A stretch of DNA of 64,000 nt from Camelus ferus (Eukaryota). The stretch spans positions 41,108,001-41,172,000 of the forward strand of contig NC_045696.1 in the NCBI RefSeq assembly GCF_009834535.1, read 5' to 3'. A program made the translations under genes and the position numbers. Positions 39,351 through 53,270 of the stretch are shown here, one piece after another; positions within the stretch are counted from its first letter, which is position 1, and each line of letters begins with the position of its first letter. The notes under the pieces are model-generated. The model was not told the origin of the DNA. It saw only the letters and a list, made by a program, of their open reading frames with translations, and ran no database searches.

Positions 39351-39682
39351 AAAAGTCAGAAAAACTTCAGTAACCTGGGTGTTGGTCTGTCTGTGCACAT
39401 CAATGTTGATTTTCAACCTCCTCTTTTTGTTTGGAATTGAAAACTCTAATAAGAACTTAAAGACAAGTAATACTGACTTTGGTAGCAATGAAGTGCTCAG
39501 ACAGGACATTGTCGTCATCTCGAATCCCACGTGCACCGGGATTGCTATCCTGCTGCACTATTTTCTGTTAGTGACATTCACCTGGACAGGAATCAGTGCT
39601 GCGCAGCTCTATTTCCTTCTAATTAGGACCATGAAACCTCTTCCTCAACATTTCATTCTTTACATCTCTTTAATTGGATGGG
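39351..39682 (+). CDS. ADGRG7: ADGRG7 exon 12 (TM2-TM4)
   Basis: ttcag acceptor, GG|gtaagt donor, 332 nt; LLHYFLLVTFTW family-B TM3 motif. Confidence 0.96.
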
Positions 39683-40395
39683 GTAAGTGTTTGCTTCTCC
39701 ACTTACTTAGGAGTTTAATTTTGTGGAAATCATTTAATTTAAACGCCTATTGAAGGTGTAATAAATAGTACAAGGACTTGAAATAGGGAAGATGGAAAAT
39801 CCAGCAGTCACTAACAGTGCCTTCTGCCTAGTGAAGGAGTGTCTTCTGTGAAGAAGGCAGATGTGATCAAGGCAGCCCTGCTAGATACGTCACAGGCTAA
39901 TTTCAGGCTGTTCATTTCCTTTAACATCTCTATTAATTTGACTTGAAATGTCACATATAATTAACTTCCTAGCTACTTTAAAAGAAATGTGTCAAAAAAA
40001 TGTTTCAAGACAATCAGAGTGACTGTTTAAGAGAAATAATTTGAAAAATGTACTGTGTTCTAGTAAAGGAGAATTATTTTAGTATTATCTAAATTTAAAT
40101 TTACTCAAGTGAAAGAGAAATTAGGCCATTTAAGAGTATAGATTGTGGTATGAGTTACAAGGAAATTGGAAATAGCACAGGGTTGGTAGGTATAACTATT
40201 AATAAAAGGGAAAGGAAAACACAGAAAAACGGCATCCACTGTTGACCTACAGTTGTAGGATCATTTAGTACACTGTGATAGTGAAAAGAACAATACATCC
40301 TGAAAAGGGTCAGATGTATAGTTCATTCATGGTGTTTTATAATTAATCCCAGTCTTGGGTAAATTATTAATTCTATGCCTCTCTTTGTTACATAG

Positions 40396-40492
40396 GAGTC
40401 CCAGCTATAGTGGTGGCTATGACAGTGGGAATTATTTATTCTCAGAATAAGAATAATTCACAGTGGGAATTGGAATACCGGCAAGAGAGAAT
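40396..40492 (+). CDS. ADGRG7: ADGRG7 exon 13 (TM4-ECL2)
   Basis: catag acceptor, AT|gtaagt donor, 97 nt; VPAIVVAMTVG. Confidence 0.94.
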
Positions 40493-40704
40493 GTAAGTTT
40501 GTATATTTTTAAATATCCATTTCTTTGATATAAGAGTGTAACTATTCAGTGACACTGAGTCCAAGTGTCCCTGTACATCTGCATCTCACTTTGTAATTGT
40601 CGTATTATGTGTCTATTTTAAATTCTTCAAGAACACATTATGTTTTAAATATGGTGACATGAAAATTTCCTATGATAAATCCTTTTGTAAAGCAAGTAAC
40701 TACT

Positions 40705-40872
40705 TTCTTTTTAAAATTAAAGTACAGTCAGTTACAATGTGTCAATTTCTGGTGCACAGTACAATGCCCCAGTCATGCATATACATACATATATTTGTTT
40801 TCATATTCTTTTTCATTAAAGGTTATTACAAGATATTGAACACAGTTCCCTGTGCTATACAGCAGAAACTTT
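40705..40872 (-). mobile_element. L1 3'-end fragment
   Basis: Closely matches the reverse complement of the 13518-13616 copy. Confidence 0.75.
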
Positions 40873-41244
40873 TGAAATCTGTGCCTCTAAATTTCTATAT
40901 CTGAACTTTTTAATATTAACTTTGTCTTCTTTGATTAAGTCTGAAAATCGTAGTACACAAAACGTGTGATCCTTAGTAACCCCTTATCTTTGTTTTCTCG
41001 TCTAGAAATTGGGAATAACAATAATAGTAATACCTGCTCTGTGGTGACTATAAAGGGTCAAGCAAGTATGAAAAGATTCTATAACCTGCAGAGCACTCTC
41101 CATGCTTATGAACCAATCCTATATTGATATGATTATAATGCATATTTCATGACGATTTATCACACATAAATGCTCCCTGTGACTCCAGCATGAATAATTA
41201 ACTGTCAGTAATGGAAGTACCTGTCTGTATGGTGTTTGCTTTTT

Positions 41245-41653
41245 TTTTTTTTTACATTTTTTTTTATTGAGTTATAGTCATTTTTCAATGTTGTGTCAAA
41301 TTCCAGTGTAGAGCACAATTTTTCAGTTATACATGAACATACATATATTCATTGTCACATTTTTTTTCACAGTGAGCTACCACAAGATCTTGTATATATT
41401 TCCCTGTGCTTTACAGTATAATCTTGTTTATCTATTCTACATATGCCTGTCAGTACCTACAAATTTTGAACTCCCAGTCTGTCCCTTCCAACCCCCCTCC
41501 CCCTGGCAACCACAAGTTTGTATTCTATGTCTATGAGTCTGTTTTTGTTTTGTATTTATGTTCTTTTCTTCTTCTTTTTTTTTTTTTTAAATTCCACATA
41601 TGAGTGATCTCATAGGGTATTTTTCTTTCTCTTTCTGGCTTACTTCACTTAGA
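41245..41653 (-). mobile_element. Young L1 3'-end insertion
   Basis: Similar to 43436-43815; exact TSD gtgtttgcttttt at 41232-41244 and 41654-41666. Confidence 0.9.
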
Positions 41654-43435
41654 GTGTTTGCTTTTTATGTGGGGAGACTGAAAAGGAAGCTGGACTGAAC
41701 TATGTGTGTATTTTTGCTACCAAATGGCAACTGCTCTTTAATTTTTCCTCCCTTCTTATTTTATAATTTCAACCATTCTGATTCCCAGATTTTACCTTAA
41801 GTCCCAAACCAACTAAAATCAGAACAAAACCCCAGGGAAGGTTGTGGTGTCAGGATGCTTACCTGTTTCCAGGGCTGACCAAGACCAACTGTAGAATAGA
41901 GAGCTAACTGCCTGGCTTGATTTTAGGAGCCAAATACTCCAGACATTGTTGTCTCTGTTTAATTGGGGTTAAATACGTTTTAATGAGTTTCAGAATTTTA
42001 ACTCCATAGCTAGAGATCAGGAGTGGGATGCAAATATCTCATGGGAGAGGCCATTCATCTCAAATTGCATTATTATTAATTTCCTGCTCTAACCTAGCCA
42101 CAGGGCTAGACCAACTTCTATAGAAGTCTTCAGGAGAAAGAAGCCCACTGTCTTAAATTTATTCACATCAAGCTGTAAATAATTGAGAGCAGATTTTTTC
42201 CTGAGTATAGTATTAGGTGTTAGGGAGGACACTAGGTGACTGATAATAAGAGTTGAGAAGAGAAGAAATGATGTGTAATATCAGCTTCCTCTTGGGCTCT
42301 TATCCCCCACCTTTTACCCTATACACTTGCATCAAGGTCACATTTCTTCAGGGTATATTTAGAAGGAGGAAGGATTTTTTTGTTTTGTTTTGTTTTCTTG
42401 AGTTATCCTCCCAGAAGTCACACCTCAGTATACTCCCTACACCTCCACATGCCTCCCAGTTCTTCCAGTCTTACCTGAAAGCCCTAACCGAGTTCCCTTG
42501 ATGTACTGCTGTCTCTGCAAGGGCCCAGTTAGGGGGTGACTGCAGGGCAGGCCACACTCCTCTTTGCTGTTCTGTCCCTCAGATCTCTGTACCACTATGT
42601 AGGTTGTTTCCTGACCAGCCTGAAGGGTTGAGGTAACCATGAGAAATTATAATACATGAGGGAGAAGTTTTTAGAAGCGTATGCTGTGTCTGCTAAAGCT
42701 GTCTTTCCCACGTTTCTTGACAAAGTCACCAAGAAGTTAAACACTTCATCCACTTCATCTGGGGCTCTCATCTGTGATGCTCTCCAGACCTCAGGTCCAT
42801 CGGTTTTTTTGGATTCAACCTGGACTCTCCAATCTCAGTTCTAGGACTCCCACTTCTACAAGGGTTAATCTCCATGTAGGAACCATCTATCTCCTCAGCA
42901 GTCTTTTTCTCAAAATCTAGGTTATTAGATTCAGAATAACAAAGAGAGAGGCTCTTGAGAACAAATCCAGCATGGCTGTCTCTCCAAAAGATAGAGGAAG
43001 TGAGGAGGAGTCCCTTCCGAGTGCCCACCTCCTGATGGCCAGGGACATCCAGGTCTGTTTCCCGTCCAGGTCTCCCCATCTGTGTGAGGTAACTGAGGAA
43101 TCTTCCAGACATTTGTCTGCATACACACACAGACATGTCTATAGTACAAATACTAATTCTCAGAAAGTGTATTGTCTAAAGTTTAAGCAACTCAAGACTC
43201 ATACTGATAAAAATAAATATTTGTCCAATGATTTCATAATTTGCAAGTCTGCCTTTATCCAATAGAGTTGGATTGTCCATTATCTTTATCTTTTCCTCCC
43301 CCTTTAAACTATATTTCTCTAGGCTGCCTGGATCAGAAATGTGTCCATCTTTTTAATTTAAAACTTTGATGGCCACTTGCTTAGTCACCAAAGAAGCTTC
43401 TAGAGATTTGAAAGTACTTCTCAGCAGGATTTTTT

Positions 43436-46400
43436 TTAACATTTTTATTGATTTATAATCATTTTACAATGTTGTGTCAAATTCCAGTGTTCAGCACAAT
43501 TTTTCAGTTATTCATGGACATATACACACTCATTGTCACATTTTTTTCTCTGTGAATTATCATAACATTTTGTGTATATTTCCTTGTGCTATACAGTGTA
43601 GTCTATTCTACAATTTTGAAATCCCAGTCTATCCCCTCCCACCCTCCACCCCCCTGGTAACCACAAGTCTGTATTCTCTGTCTGTGAGTCTATTTCTGTC
43701 CTTTATTTATGCTTTGGTTGGTTTGTTTGTTTGTTTTTGTTTTTGTTTTTTAGATTCCACATATGAGCGATCTCATATGGTATTTTTCTTTCTCTTTCTG
43801 GCTTACTTCACTTAGAATGACATTCTCCAGGAGCATCCATGTTGCTGCAAATGGCATTATGTTGTCGGTTTTTATGGCTGAGTAGTATTCCATTGTATAA
43901 ATATACCACCTCTTCTTTATCCAGTCACCTGTTGATGGACATTTAGGCTGTTTCCATGTTTTGGCTATTGTAAATAGTGCTGCTATGAACATTGGGGTGC
44001 AGGTGTCATCCTGAAGTAGATTTCCTTCTGGATACAAGCCCAGGAGTGGGATTCCTGGGTCATATGGTAAGTCTATTCCTAGTCTTTTGAGGAATCTCCA
44101 CACTGTTTTCCATAGTGGCTGCACCAAACTGCATTCCCACCAGCAATGTAGGAGGGTTCCCCTTTCCCCACAGCCTCTCCAGCATTTGTCATTTGTGGAT
44201 TTTTGAATGACGGCCATTCTGACTGGTGTGAGGTGATACCTCATTGTAGTTTTGATTTGCATTTCTCTGATAATTAGTGATATTGAGCATTTTTTCATGT
44301 GCTTTTTGATCATTTGTATGTCTTCCTTGGAGAATTGCTTGTTTAGGTCTTCTGCCCATTTTTGGATTGGGTTGTTTATTTTTTTCTTATTGAGTCGTAT
44401 GAGCTGCTTATATATTCTGGAGATCAAGCCTTTGTCGGTTTCACTTGCAAAAATTTTCTCCCATTCCGTAGGTTTTCTTCTTGTTTTACTTCTGGTTTCC
44501 TTTGCTGTGCAGAAGCTTGTAAGTTTCATTAGGTCCCATTTGTTTATTCTTGCTTTTATTTCTTCTAGGAGATGATTTTTTAAATGTATGTCAGATAATG
44601 TTTTGCCTATGTTTTCCTCTAGGAGGTTTATTGTATCTTGTCTTATGTTTAAGTCTTTAATCCATTTTGAGTTGATTTTTGTATATGGTGTAAGGGAGTG
44701 TTCTAGCTTCATTGTTTTACATGCTGCTGTCCAGTTTTCCCAACACCATTTGCTGAAGAGACTGTCTTTATTCCAATGTATATTCTTGCCTCCTTTGTCA
44801 AAGATGAGTTGACCAAAAGTTTGTGGGTTCATTTCTGGGCTCTCTATTCTGTTCCATTGGTCTATATGTCTGTTTTGGTACCAATACCATGCTGTCTTGA
44901 TGACTGTAGCTCTATAGTATTGTCTGAAGTCTGGGAGAGTTATTCCTCCAGCCTCTTTCTTTCTCTTCAGTAATGCTTTGGCAATTCTAGGTCTTTGATG
45001 GTTCCATATGAATTTTATTATGATTTTTTCTAGTTCTGTGAAATATGTCCTGGGTAATTGGATAGGGATTGCATTAAATCTGTAGATTGCCTTGGGCAGT
45101 GTGACCATTTTAACAATATTGATTCTTCCAATCCAAGAGCATGGAATATCTTTCCATTTTTTAAAGTCTTCTTTAATTTCCTTCATCAATGGTTTATAGT
45201 TTTCTGTGTATAATTCTTTCACCTCCTTGGTTAGATTTATTCCCAGATATTTCATTACTTTGGGTGCTATTTTAAAGGGGATTGTTTCTTTACTTTCTTC
45301 TTCTGTTGATTTATCGTTAGTGTAAAGAAATGCAACTGATTTTTGAACGTTAATTTTGTAGCCTGCTACCTTGCTGAATTCTTCAATCAGCTCTAGTAGC
45401 TTTTGTGTGGACCTTTTAGGGTTTTCTATATATAGTAACATGTCATCAGCATATAATGACACTTTTACCTCTTCTTTTCCAATTTGGATCCCTTTTATTT
45501 CTTTCTCTTGCCTGACTGCTGTGGCTAGGACTTCCAGGACTATGTTGAATAGGAGAGGTGATAGTGGGCATCCTTGTCTTGTCCCAGATTTTAGTGGGAA
45601 GCTTTTGAGTTTTTCACCGTTGAGTACTATGCTGGCTGTAGTTTTGTCATATATAGCTTTTATTATGTTGAGATATGTTCCCTCTATACCCACTTTGGCG
45701 AGAGTTTTTATCATAAATGGGTGTTGAATTTTATCAAATGCTTTTTCTGCATCGATTGAGATGATCATGTGGTTTTTGTCCTTTCTCTTGTTGATGTGAT
45801 GTATTACACTGATTGATTTGCGTATGTTGAACCAGCCTTGTGTCCCTGGGATGAACCCCACTTGGTCATGATGTATCATCTTTTTTATGTGTTGTTGGAT
45901 TCTATTTGCTAAAATTTTGGTGAGGATTTTGGCGTCTATGTTCATCAGTGATATTGGCCTATAATTCTCTTTTTTTGTAGTGTCTTTGCCTGGTTTTGGT
46001 ATCAGGGTGATGGTGGCTTCATAGAATGAGTTTGGGAGTATTCCCTCCTTTTCAATCGTCTGGAAGAGTTTGAGAAAGACTGGTATGAGTTCTTCTTTGT
46101 ATGTTTGGTAGAATTCCCCGGTGAAGCCGTCCGGTCCTGGACTTTTATTTGTAGGGAGGTTTTTAATTGCTATTTCTATTTCCTTTCTAGTGATCGGATT
46201 GTTCAAGCGTTCAGATTCTTCTTGATTCGGTTTTGGTGGACAGTATGTTTCCAGAAACTTGTCCATCTCCTCTAGGTTATCCAGTTTGGTTCCATATAGT
46301 TTTTCATAATATTCTCGTATGATATTCTGTATTTCTATTTTGTTTGTTGTAATTTCTCCATTTTCCTTTCTTATTTTGCTAATTTGTGCTCTCTCTTTTT

Positions 46401-47335
46401 TCTTCTTTGTGAGTTTGGCCAGAGGTTTGTCGATTTTATTTACTTTTTCAAAAAACCAGCTTTTGGTTTGGTTGATTTTTTCTATGGTCTTGTTAATCTC
46501 TATTGTATTTAATTCCTCTCTGATCTTTATTATTTCCTTCCTTCTGCTGCTTTTTGGGGCTTTTTGTTCTTCTTTTTCTAATTCATTCAGGTGGTGGGTT
46601 AAATTGTTTATTTGAGATTGTTCTTCTTTTTTGAGGAAGGCCTGTATCACTATAAACTTCCCTCTTAGCACTGCCTTTGCTGTGTCCCATAGGTTTTGAG
46701 TGGTTGTGCTTTCATTATCATTTGTCTCAAGGTATTTTTTAATTTCAGCTTTGATTTCCTCATTGATCCATTGTTTTTTCAATAACATATTGTTTAATCT
46801 CCATGCTTTCCTTTTTTTCTCCTTTGTTTCTCTGTTGTTGATTTCCAGTTTCATGGCATTGTGGTCAGTAAAGATGCTTGAGATAATTTCTATCTTCTTA
46901 AAATTGTTGAGGTTTCTTTTGTGCCCAAGTACATGATCGATCCTGGAAAATGTTCCATGTGCACTTGAAAAGAATGTATATCCTATTTTTTGGGGGTGTA
47001 ATGCTCTGAAAATATCCACCAAATCTAGTTTTTCTATTGTAGTATTTAATTTCTCTGTTGCCTTGTTTATTTTCTGTCTGGAAGATCTGTCTAGTGAAGT
47101 TAATGCAGTGTTAAAATCTCCAACTATGATTGTATTCCCATCAATATCCCCCTTTATCTCTGTTAGTAATTCTTGTATGTACTTAGGTGCTCCTATATTG
47201 GGTGCATATATATTAACGAGTGTAATATCCTCATCTTGTATCCCTCCTTTAATCATTATAAAATGTCCTTCTTTATCTTTCTTTATGGCCTTTGTTTTAA
47301 AGTCTATTTTGTCTGAAATCAGTACTGCAACACCT
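43436..47335 (-). mobile_element. Young 5'-truncated LINE-1 (~3.9 kb), antisense in ADGRG7 intron 13
   Basis: Exact TSD tcagcaggatttttt at 43421-43435 and 47336-47350; TT/AAAA-type target; ORF2 plus 3'UTR. Confidence 0.97.
43750..47256 (-). CDS. L1 ORF2p (partial endonuclease, reverse transcriptase, CCHC), N-terminally truncated
   Basis: 1168-aa ORF with GDFN, SPGPDGF, QGCPLSP, YADD and CWRGC…HCWWEC; frame stays open to the 5' junction at 47334. Confidence 0.93.
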   Translation of the reverse strand: MIKGGIQDEDITLVNIYAPNIGAPKYIQELLTEIKGDIDGNTIIVGDFNTALTSLDRSSRQKINKATEKLNTTIEKLDLVDIFRALHPQKIGYTFFSSAHGTFSRIDHVLGHKRNLNNFKKIEIISSIFTDHNAMKLEINNRETKEKKRKAWRLNNMLLKKQWINEEIKAEIKKYLETNDNESTTTQNLWDTAKAVLRGKFIVIQAFLKKEEQSQINNLTHHLNELEKEEQKAPKSSRRKEIIKIREELNTIEINKTIEKINQTKSWFFEKVNKIDKPLAKLTKKKKERAQISKIRKENGEITTNKIEIQNIIREYYEKLYGTKLDNLEEMDKFLETYCPPKPNQEESERLNNPITRKEIEIAIKNLPTNKSPGPDGFTGEFYQTYKEELIPVFLKLFQTIEKEGILPNSFYEATITLIPKPGKDTTKKENYRPISLMNIDAKILTKILANRIQQHIKKMIHHDQVGFIPGTQGWFNIRKSISVIHHINKRKDKNHMIISIDAEKAFDKIQHPFMIKTLAKVGIEGTYLNIIKAIYDKTTASIVLNGEKLKSFPLKSGTRQGCPLSPLLFNIVLEVLATAVRQEKEIKGIQIGKEEVKVSLYADDMLLYIENPKRSTQKLLELIEEFSKVAGYKINVQKSVAFLYTNDKSTEEESKETIPFKIAPKVMKYLGINLTKEVKELYTENYKPLMKEIKEDFKKWKDIPCSWIGRINIVKMVTLPKAIYRFNAIPIQLPRTYFTELEKIIIKFIWNHQRPRIAKALLKRKKEAGGITLPDFRQYYRATVIKTAWYWYQNRHIDQWNRIESPEMNPQTFGQLIFDKGGKNIHWNKDSLFSKWCWENWTAACKTMKLEHSLTPYTKINSKWIKDLNIRQDTINLLEENIGKTLSDIHLKNHLLEEIKARINKWDLMKLTSFCTAKETRSKTRRKPTEWEKIFASETDKGLISRIYKQLIRLNKKKINNPIQKWAEDLNKQFSKEDIQMIKKHMKKCSISLIIREMQIKTTMRYHLTPVRMAVIQKSTNDKCWRGCGERGTLLHCWWECSLVQPLWKTVWRFLKRLGIDLPYDPGIPLLGLYPEGNLLQDDTCTPMFIAALFTIAKTWKQPKCPSTGDWIKKRWYIYTMEYYSAIKTDNIMPFAATWMLLENVILSEVSQKEKEKYHMRSLICGI

Positions 47336-47739
47336 TCAGCAGGATTTTTTAAAAGGCTTAGCCAAGTGCCTTCCTATTTCTTCTGGGGAATTGTGAGACT
47401 GAGGATGGCAGGAGGATTGTCCTCAGATGAAAGGACAGGGAAGCAGAAATCCTGGAGATAAACTTTGCTCTCTCTCACCATTTTATTTAAGGATGGACCT
47501 GTTCTGTCCATTAATAGGTTGGCGGCACTCCTTTTCATTTTTTGAATTCATTACAGAGACCTGAACATCTTCTCGGTTTCCTTCTAGATCATTCAGATTA
47601 GAATAGATTTATGATAATTTAAATTATACCAACATTGCAATATAAAACAATTTAGAAATCCTTTGGCATGAATAATAATGGTGTTTTACCTGCAGGGGAA
47701 AGAAAACATACATTAATTAATCGCTAAATATGTGCCAGG

Positions 47740-48690
47740 GCTTCTCACATTATTTTGTTAAGACCCAAATGCCTACCTGACACCTCCGCTTGGCTGTGCA
47801 GTAGGACATCCCCTGGTCTGCCTTCCCACATCTTCTCTTCCTGTCGTCTGCCCCAGCTCAGCTGATGGTGGTTCCATCCTTCCGGGTACTCAGGCCACAG
47901 ACTTTGGAGTCACCCTTCATTCTCCTGTCTCTCACATCTAACCCATCAATAAATCCCTTTGCTTTACTTTTAAATACACCTGGAATCAGACTGTTTCTCA
48001 GCATCTCCTCTCCTGGTCGAAGCCACCAGATCATGGCAGTAGACTCCTAGCTGATTTCCTGCTTTTGTTCATGCTCTTCTCTTATCCCTACATCTAGCTA
48101 GAGTAACACTTTTAGACTAAAGACAGATCATGTCAAGTTTCTCCTTCTCGCCGAGAGTACATGCAATCACCTGTAAAGCCCTGACGTAATTTGCATCTTT
48201 TCACTAATCTTATCTACTTACATACTCTGTTCTAATAACACTAGCCTCTTTGCTGTTTCTTAAGCTCTCAACCTAGAGCCTTTGCACTTGCTGTTCCCTC
48301 TGCCTAAAACACCCTTCCCCCTCATCTACTTCAGATCTTTATTCAAATATTACTTTTTTCCATAAGGGTTTTCCTGACCACTCTATTTAAAATGAAACAC
48401 TCCCTCCCCTGCTCCCCTGTGCACACACCCAGACACACAGACACACATATACAGATCCATAGTAATGCCTACCCTTATTATTATCTGCCTTATTTTTCTC
48501 CACAGCACTTGCTCCCATCTGATATAGTATATATTTTATTAATTTGTTAGTTTTATCTATTTCTCTGCACTAGAAGAAATTCACTAAAGAAAAGATTTTT
48601 GGTTTTTCATTCATTATTAATGTTTGGGTATAGAGAACAATGTCTGGCCCATAGCATGTACTCTGTAAATACTTATTAAATGAATGGATT
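47740..48690 (+). mobile_element. L2 LINE 3' part
   Basis: gcctttgcacttgctgttccctctgcct…; ends in taaatacttattaaatgaatg. Confidence 0.75.
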
Positions 48691-49530
48691 TATTCTTACA
48701 TCAAGGCCAGGAGATGATTACTACACCTCACAGATGAGAAACTGCCCCCCACAAAAACCACCACCACCAATAACAAAAAAGCAAAAACAGATGTGGTGAG
48801 GTTAAAGAACTATTCAAATGTTTTTAAAACATTAAACTTTAAAAATGCCCATTAATAAGAGACTATTTAAATAATTTACAGTATAATAAAATAATGGAAT
48901 AATACGCAGCTGTGAAAAATAATGAGGACAGTCTTTATATTCTGATATGGAATGATTCTAAGATATTTTGTTAAGTAAGATATAGAAGTATTATATGTTA
49001 TCATTTGCTTAAAAATCAGGAAAAGATACACTTTTGCTGATGCATGCATAGCCTAATTCTGAAAGAATACACAGGAAACATTGATTACCACTGAGATTAA
49101 AAAAAAAAAAACAACTGGGTGACTAGGGATAGTTGTAGGAGGGGGTGTTGTCTCTCTATGATGATTTGTACCTTTAAAATGTTGAGCCATCTGGGTATGC
49201 TACATATTCAAAAATAAAACAATAACTTGCCTAAAGTCAGACACCTAGTAAGTGACAGAGAGTGACATTTAAATTTAAGACTGCCTGACTCAAAAGCCAC
49301 TTAATTTTCACTAGTCAATACTGTCTCATAGAGAAATAGTGCAAAACCAATGCATTTTATTTTTCTAGTGGGTTAAATTCTTGAAAATCATCTCAAATAT
49401 ATAGAAGGTGAAGGGATATTGACTTTCAGCATGTCTTTCAGTCGAGTGGATGTCAGTAGTGTTAACACCATAGAGAAGAGTTTGTGTACCTTTTATAGTC
49501 TGCTGAAATCATTTCTTTTTCTCTCCTTAG

Positions 49531-49686
49531 CTGCTGGCTGGCAGTTGAAGAAGGCAATGGTTTTATAACAAGTCCGTTGTTGTGGTCATTCATCGTACCT
49601 GTGACCATTATCCTCATCAGCAATGTAGTAATATTTATTATCATCTTAGTCAAAGTGCTGTGGAAGAATAACCAGAATCTGACGAG
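49531..49686 (+). CDS. ADGRG7: ADGRG7 exon 14 (CWL motif, TM5)
   Basis: cttag acceptor, AG|gtaaga donor, 156 nt. Confidence 0.95.
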
Positions 49687-50909
49687 GTAAGATTCCCAGT
49701 GAATGAGAAGCTGGCAGGCGTGACTCAGCTATGACATAGTAAGCACAGTAACACATCCCCACTCCTAGAAGAGTTTCAGACCCTGGGGCAATGGCAGGGA
49801 TATGTGGTTTTTAGGACAGATTTTCTCTTAAACTTGTCTCGGGAAGTGGATCTTCTCATCTTCCAACATCAGGACTACAGTGTGGGTCTGTTGCATTACA
49901 TAACATGCTTCTGTGCTATATGAGCCCAACTGAAAACTAAATCCAAAGACATCAAGAAAAAATTTCTCCCCCCACCCCAAATATTCAGGAACTCAGAGTT
50001 GAATAATTAAAAATATAAGAGAATTGTGAGGGGATGCTGGTAACTGTATTTTCACTTTATGAACTAGAAACTGGGTTATATTTTACATGTGTTACTTGAA
50101 TCACATAATAGCTTTACATTTTAAAAAATGTGTTGCAAACATAAACTTTGGGAGATTTCACTTAAAATTATATTTCCTCTTGAAAAAAATTGGACAATCT
50201 GGCAACATTGGGTCCATATTTCCCATCAAGATGGGGTGTGTGGTCTCTGGTTTGTCAGTTTTCATGTCGACTGCTTCTCTCCTGTCTGTAACCTTTCTGA
50301 CCTCCAGTAGGCATTTTCATGGTCATCCCTGATAAACAGAAAGACCTTTCAGTTGGAGAGACAGAGGACAGAAACTGTTAAACATGTACATCCCCCTCCC
50401 CACCTCCATCTCCCACAGCATGGATTGGTTAGAACACAGTTCTATGAATTCAGGCTTAATTGTACAGACTCTTCTTATGTCAAGTAGACTTACTATAAGC
50501 ACATCTGTGACCTTTGTTGGACACCAAATAGATCCATTTGAATGAACAGATGGGTGAAAACAACCATCATTAGCAGGAACGTAATCTTAAATGTGTACTT
50601 TACCAGTCAAGAGTCTCATTTTTCCTATATAAATTAGAGCCCATGTTGAGGGGAAATATGGGAAAAAGATATCACTGATAACCTTTCAAACCTATGTTTT
50701 ATTAGCAATGCAGGAAAACTGTGGTACAGTCTTGTTAGCCTAATTGCAAATTAGATTATATTTCCTGTATACAAAACAGTATCAGTTTGGCCACAGAAGT
50801 CAACCAAATTTGTATTTCTAAATTTTGGCTGATAGCTCATGGTTCTTAAATTGGCTTGGTGACAGTGAAGATCAGGTTACAATTTAATTGTTTAACAAAT
50901 TATCTTCCA

Positions 50910-51380
50910 TGTATCAATTAGCTTTTGCTGCATAACAAACTATCCCCAAACTTAGTGGCTTAGAATGACCAATGCTTATTATTTGTCATAAATTTGAATG
51001 TTGGTCAAGTAGTTGTTCTGGTCTTGGCTGGCTTGAATGCTGATGGATAATCTAGGATGATATACTTTCATGCCTGATGGTTGGTGGTTGGCTGGTAACT
51101 GCTCACTTGGGAAAGCTCATCTCTACTCCATGTGGTCTCTCATCCTCTATTAGACCAGTCCAGCCAGGCTTCTTACCATAGTGCTCTCAGGGTTCCAAAG
51201 AGCAATAAGAAAAGTCATGCTCTAATGAGCAGAATGCTTTCAAGCATCTGTGGAACAAATGCCAGTGTCCCACTGGTCAAAATAAGTCTTATGGCCAAAT
51301 TCAGATTCTAGGGATACAGACTTACCATGACAGGGAAGAAGATCAATCTACATTTTGATAACTTTTCATTCCTATATCAG
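50910..51380 (-). mobile_element. MLT1-type MaLR LTR
   Basis: tgtatcaattagcttttgctgcataacaaactatccccaaacttagtggctta. Confidence 0.7.
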
Positions 51381-51760
51381 CCTATGGCATGGGAAGGTCC
51401 CAGATGCCCCCAAAAGGAATTTCTTACTGGCTGATCACAGTAGTAATAATCACTAAAATAAAATTCTATTTTAAAGAACAAGTTGATTCTTTGTGAAATT
51501 TGCCTGCAATAGTATTTAAGGAACTGTTTATGCCTGAGCTTTTAAGTGTATTCCTTTATTAGTATATTTATTTATTCTGTATTTTATCCAGAGTGCCATA
51601 GATATAGGAATAACATCTTTTTTCCACCTGAGACATATATTGTTCAGTGAATAGTGTATATGGGCAGCTAAATATGTATTCTCAATAGGAGGGTAACAGT
51701 GATATTAATAAGTACAAAGCTGCATGAACCATATTTTCTTTCTTGCCTTCTCTTACCTAG

Positions 51761-51917
51761 CACAAAGAAGGTTTCATCCATAAGGAAGATTCTTAGCACA
51801 TTATCTATTGCAGTTGTTTTTGGAATTACCTGGATTCTGGCATACTTAATGCTAATTGGTGATGATAGTGTCATGATCGTCTTCAGCTACATATTCTGCC
51901 TTTTCAACACTACTCAG
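51761..51917 (+). CDS. ADGRG7: ADGRG7 exon 15 (TM6-TM7)
   Basis: cctag acceptor, CAG|gtatgg donor, 157 nt; VVFGITW and FCLFNTTQ. Confidence 0.95.
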
Positions 51918-52374
51918 GTATGGTGTGCATTAGTCTAAGAGTAGCAGCCATCGGGTGGTGGAGATGATACCACACTGGACCAAAGTTTTATTATCTTAAA
52001 ACTCCCTCAAGGTCATTGCTTAGTTACCTTTAGGAGACTATTTTTAATACACTTTGTTAGGGAAGGGGAAAAATAGCTTTTTATTACTAACCTACTGTAT
52101 CTTTTCCTGAGCCTGGAGTTCATAGAATGTAATTGCAGTAGGGTTGGACCATGTTAGTCCCTCTTCTCTGACCAGGAGAGATTTTGTTGAGCAACTAGCT
52201 TGGGAAATATCTCCTGTCCCTTTCCTTGATACAACAGGTTCATAGCAGGTTCTCACAGTGACTGGTGTGGTGCATGTTACAGTGATTCCTGGAACTTGGA
52301 CCTCTGTTGGGTTTGCTGAATTTTTTCTTTGTCTCTTTTTTGAAATTTTATGATTATTTATCTTATCTTTAAAA

Positions 52375-53270
52375 AACTTTACTGGAATAATTGGGAATAA
52401 CTGACAACTATATTTCTGTATTTTAAAGTTTACAACTTGACGATTTGATACACATATACATGTTGAATGATTACCAAGATCAAAATAACACATCCATCAC
52501 CTCACAGTTAATAATGTGTGTGTGTATGTGATGATAATGCTTAACTACTTGGCAACTTTTAAATACACAATACTATATTAACTATAGTTACCATGCTGTA
52601 CATTAGATCCTTATTCTTCTAATAATGGAAAAATTTGTACTCTTTGACTTACATTATCCTGCTTACCTCTCCTCCTAGCCATAGGCAACCATCATTCTAT
52701 TATCTGTTTCTGTGAAATTGGCTTTAAAAAAAAATTCCACATGTTAGTGATACCAGATAGTATTTGTCATTCTCTGGCTTATATCATTTATCATAATGCC
52801 TTCCAGGTTCATCTGTATTGTCACAAGTGGCAGGATTTCTTTCTTTTCATTGGCTGAATAATATTCCATGTTTATATCTATCATGCATTTTCTTTATCTG
52901 TTCATCCATCAAAGGACATTTAGGTTGTTTCCATATCTTGGCTATTGTGAATAATGCTGGAGTGAACATGGGTGTGAAGTTTTCTCTTCAAGATGATGAT
53001 TTCAAATTTTAGGATAATTTTTTTTCTATTTCTGTGAAAAACACCATTGGAATTTTGATAGGGGTTGTATCAAATCTTTAGATTACTTTGGGTAAAAGAA
53101 AATTTTCGCAGTTTTTTCAACCCTAGAACATGGATATCTTTCCATTTGTTTTTGTCTTCTTCAGTCTTTTTCATCAATGCCATGGTTTTCAGTGTCTAGG
53201 TTTACCCTTGGTTTAATCTATTTCTAAGTACTTCATTGTTTTGACATGATTCTAAGTGGCATTGATTTCA
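52375..53270 (-). mobile_element. L1 (L1MA-like) 3' fragments
   Basis: gacatttaggttgtttccatatcttggctattgtgaataatgctg. Confidence 0.75.

Noticed and set aside
42437..43149. Cluster of overlapping ORFs in a moderately GC-rich stretch
   Set aside because: No recognisable protein or exon structure; probably an old LTR-like repeat that I could not name
44252..47461. Plus-strand ORFs over the young L1
   Set aside because: Antisense shadows of ORF2
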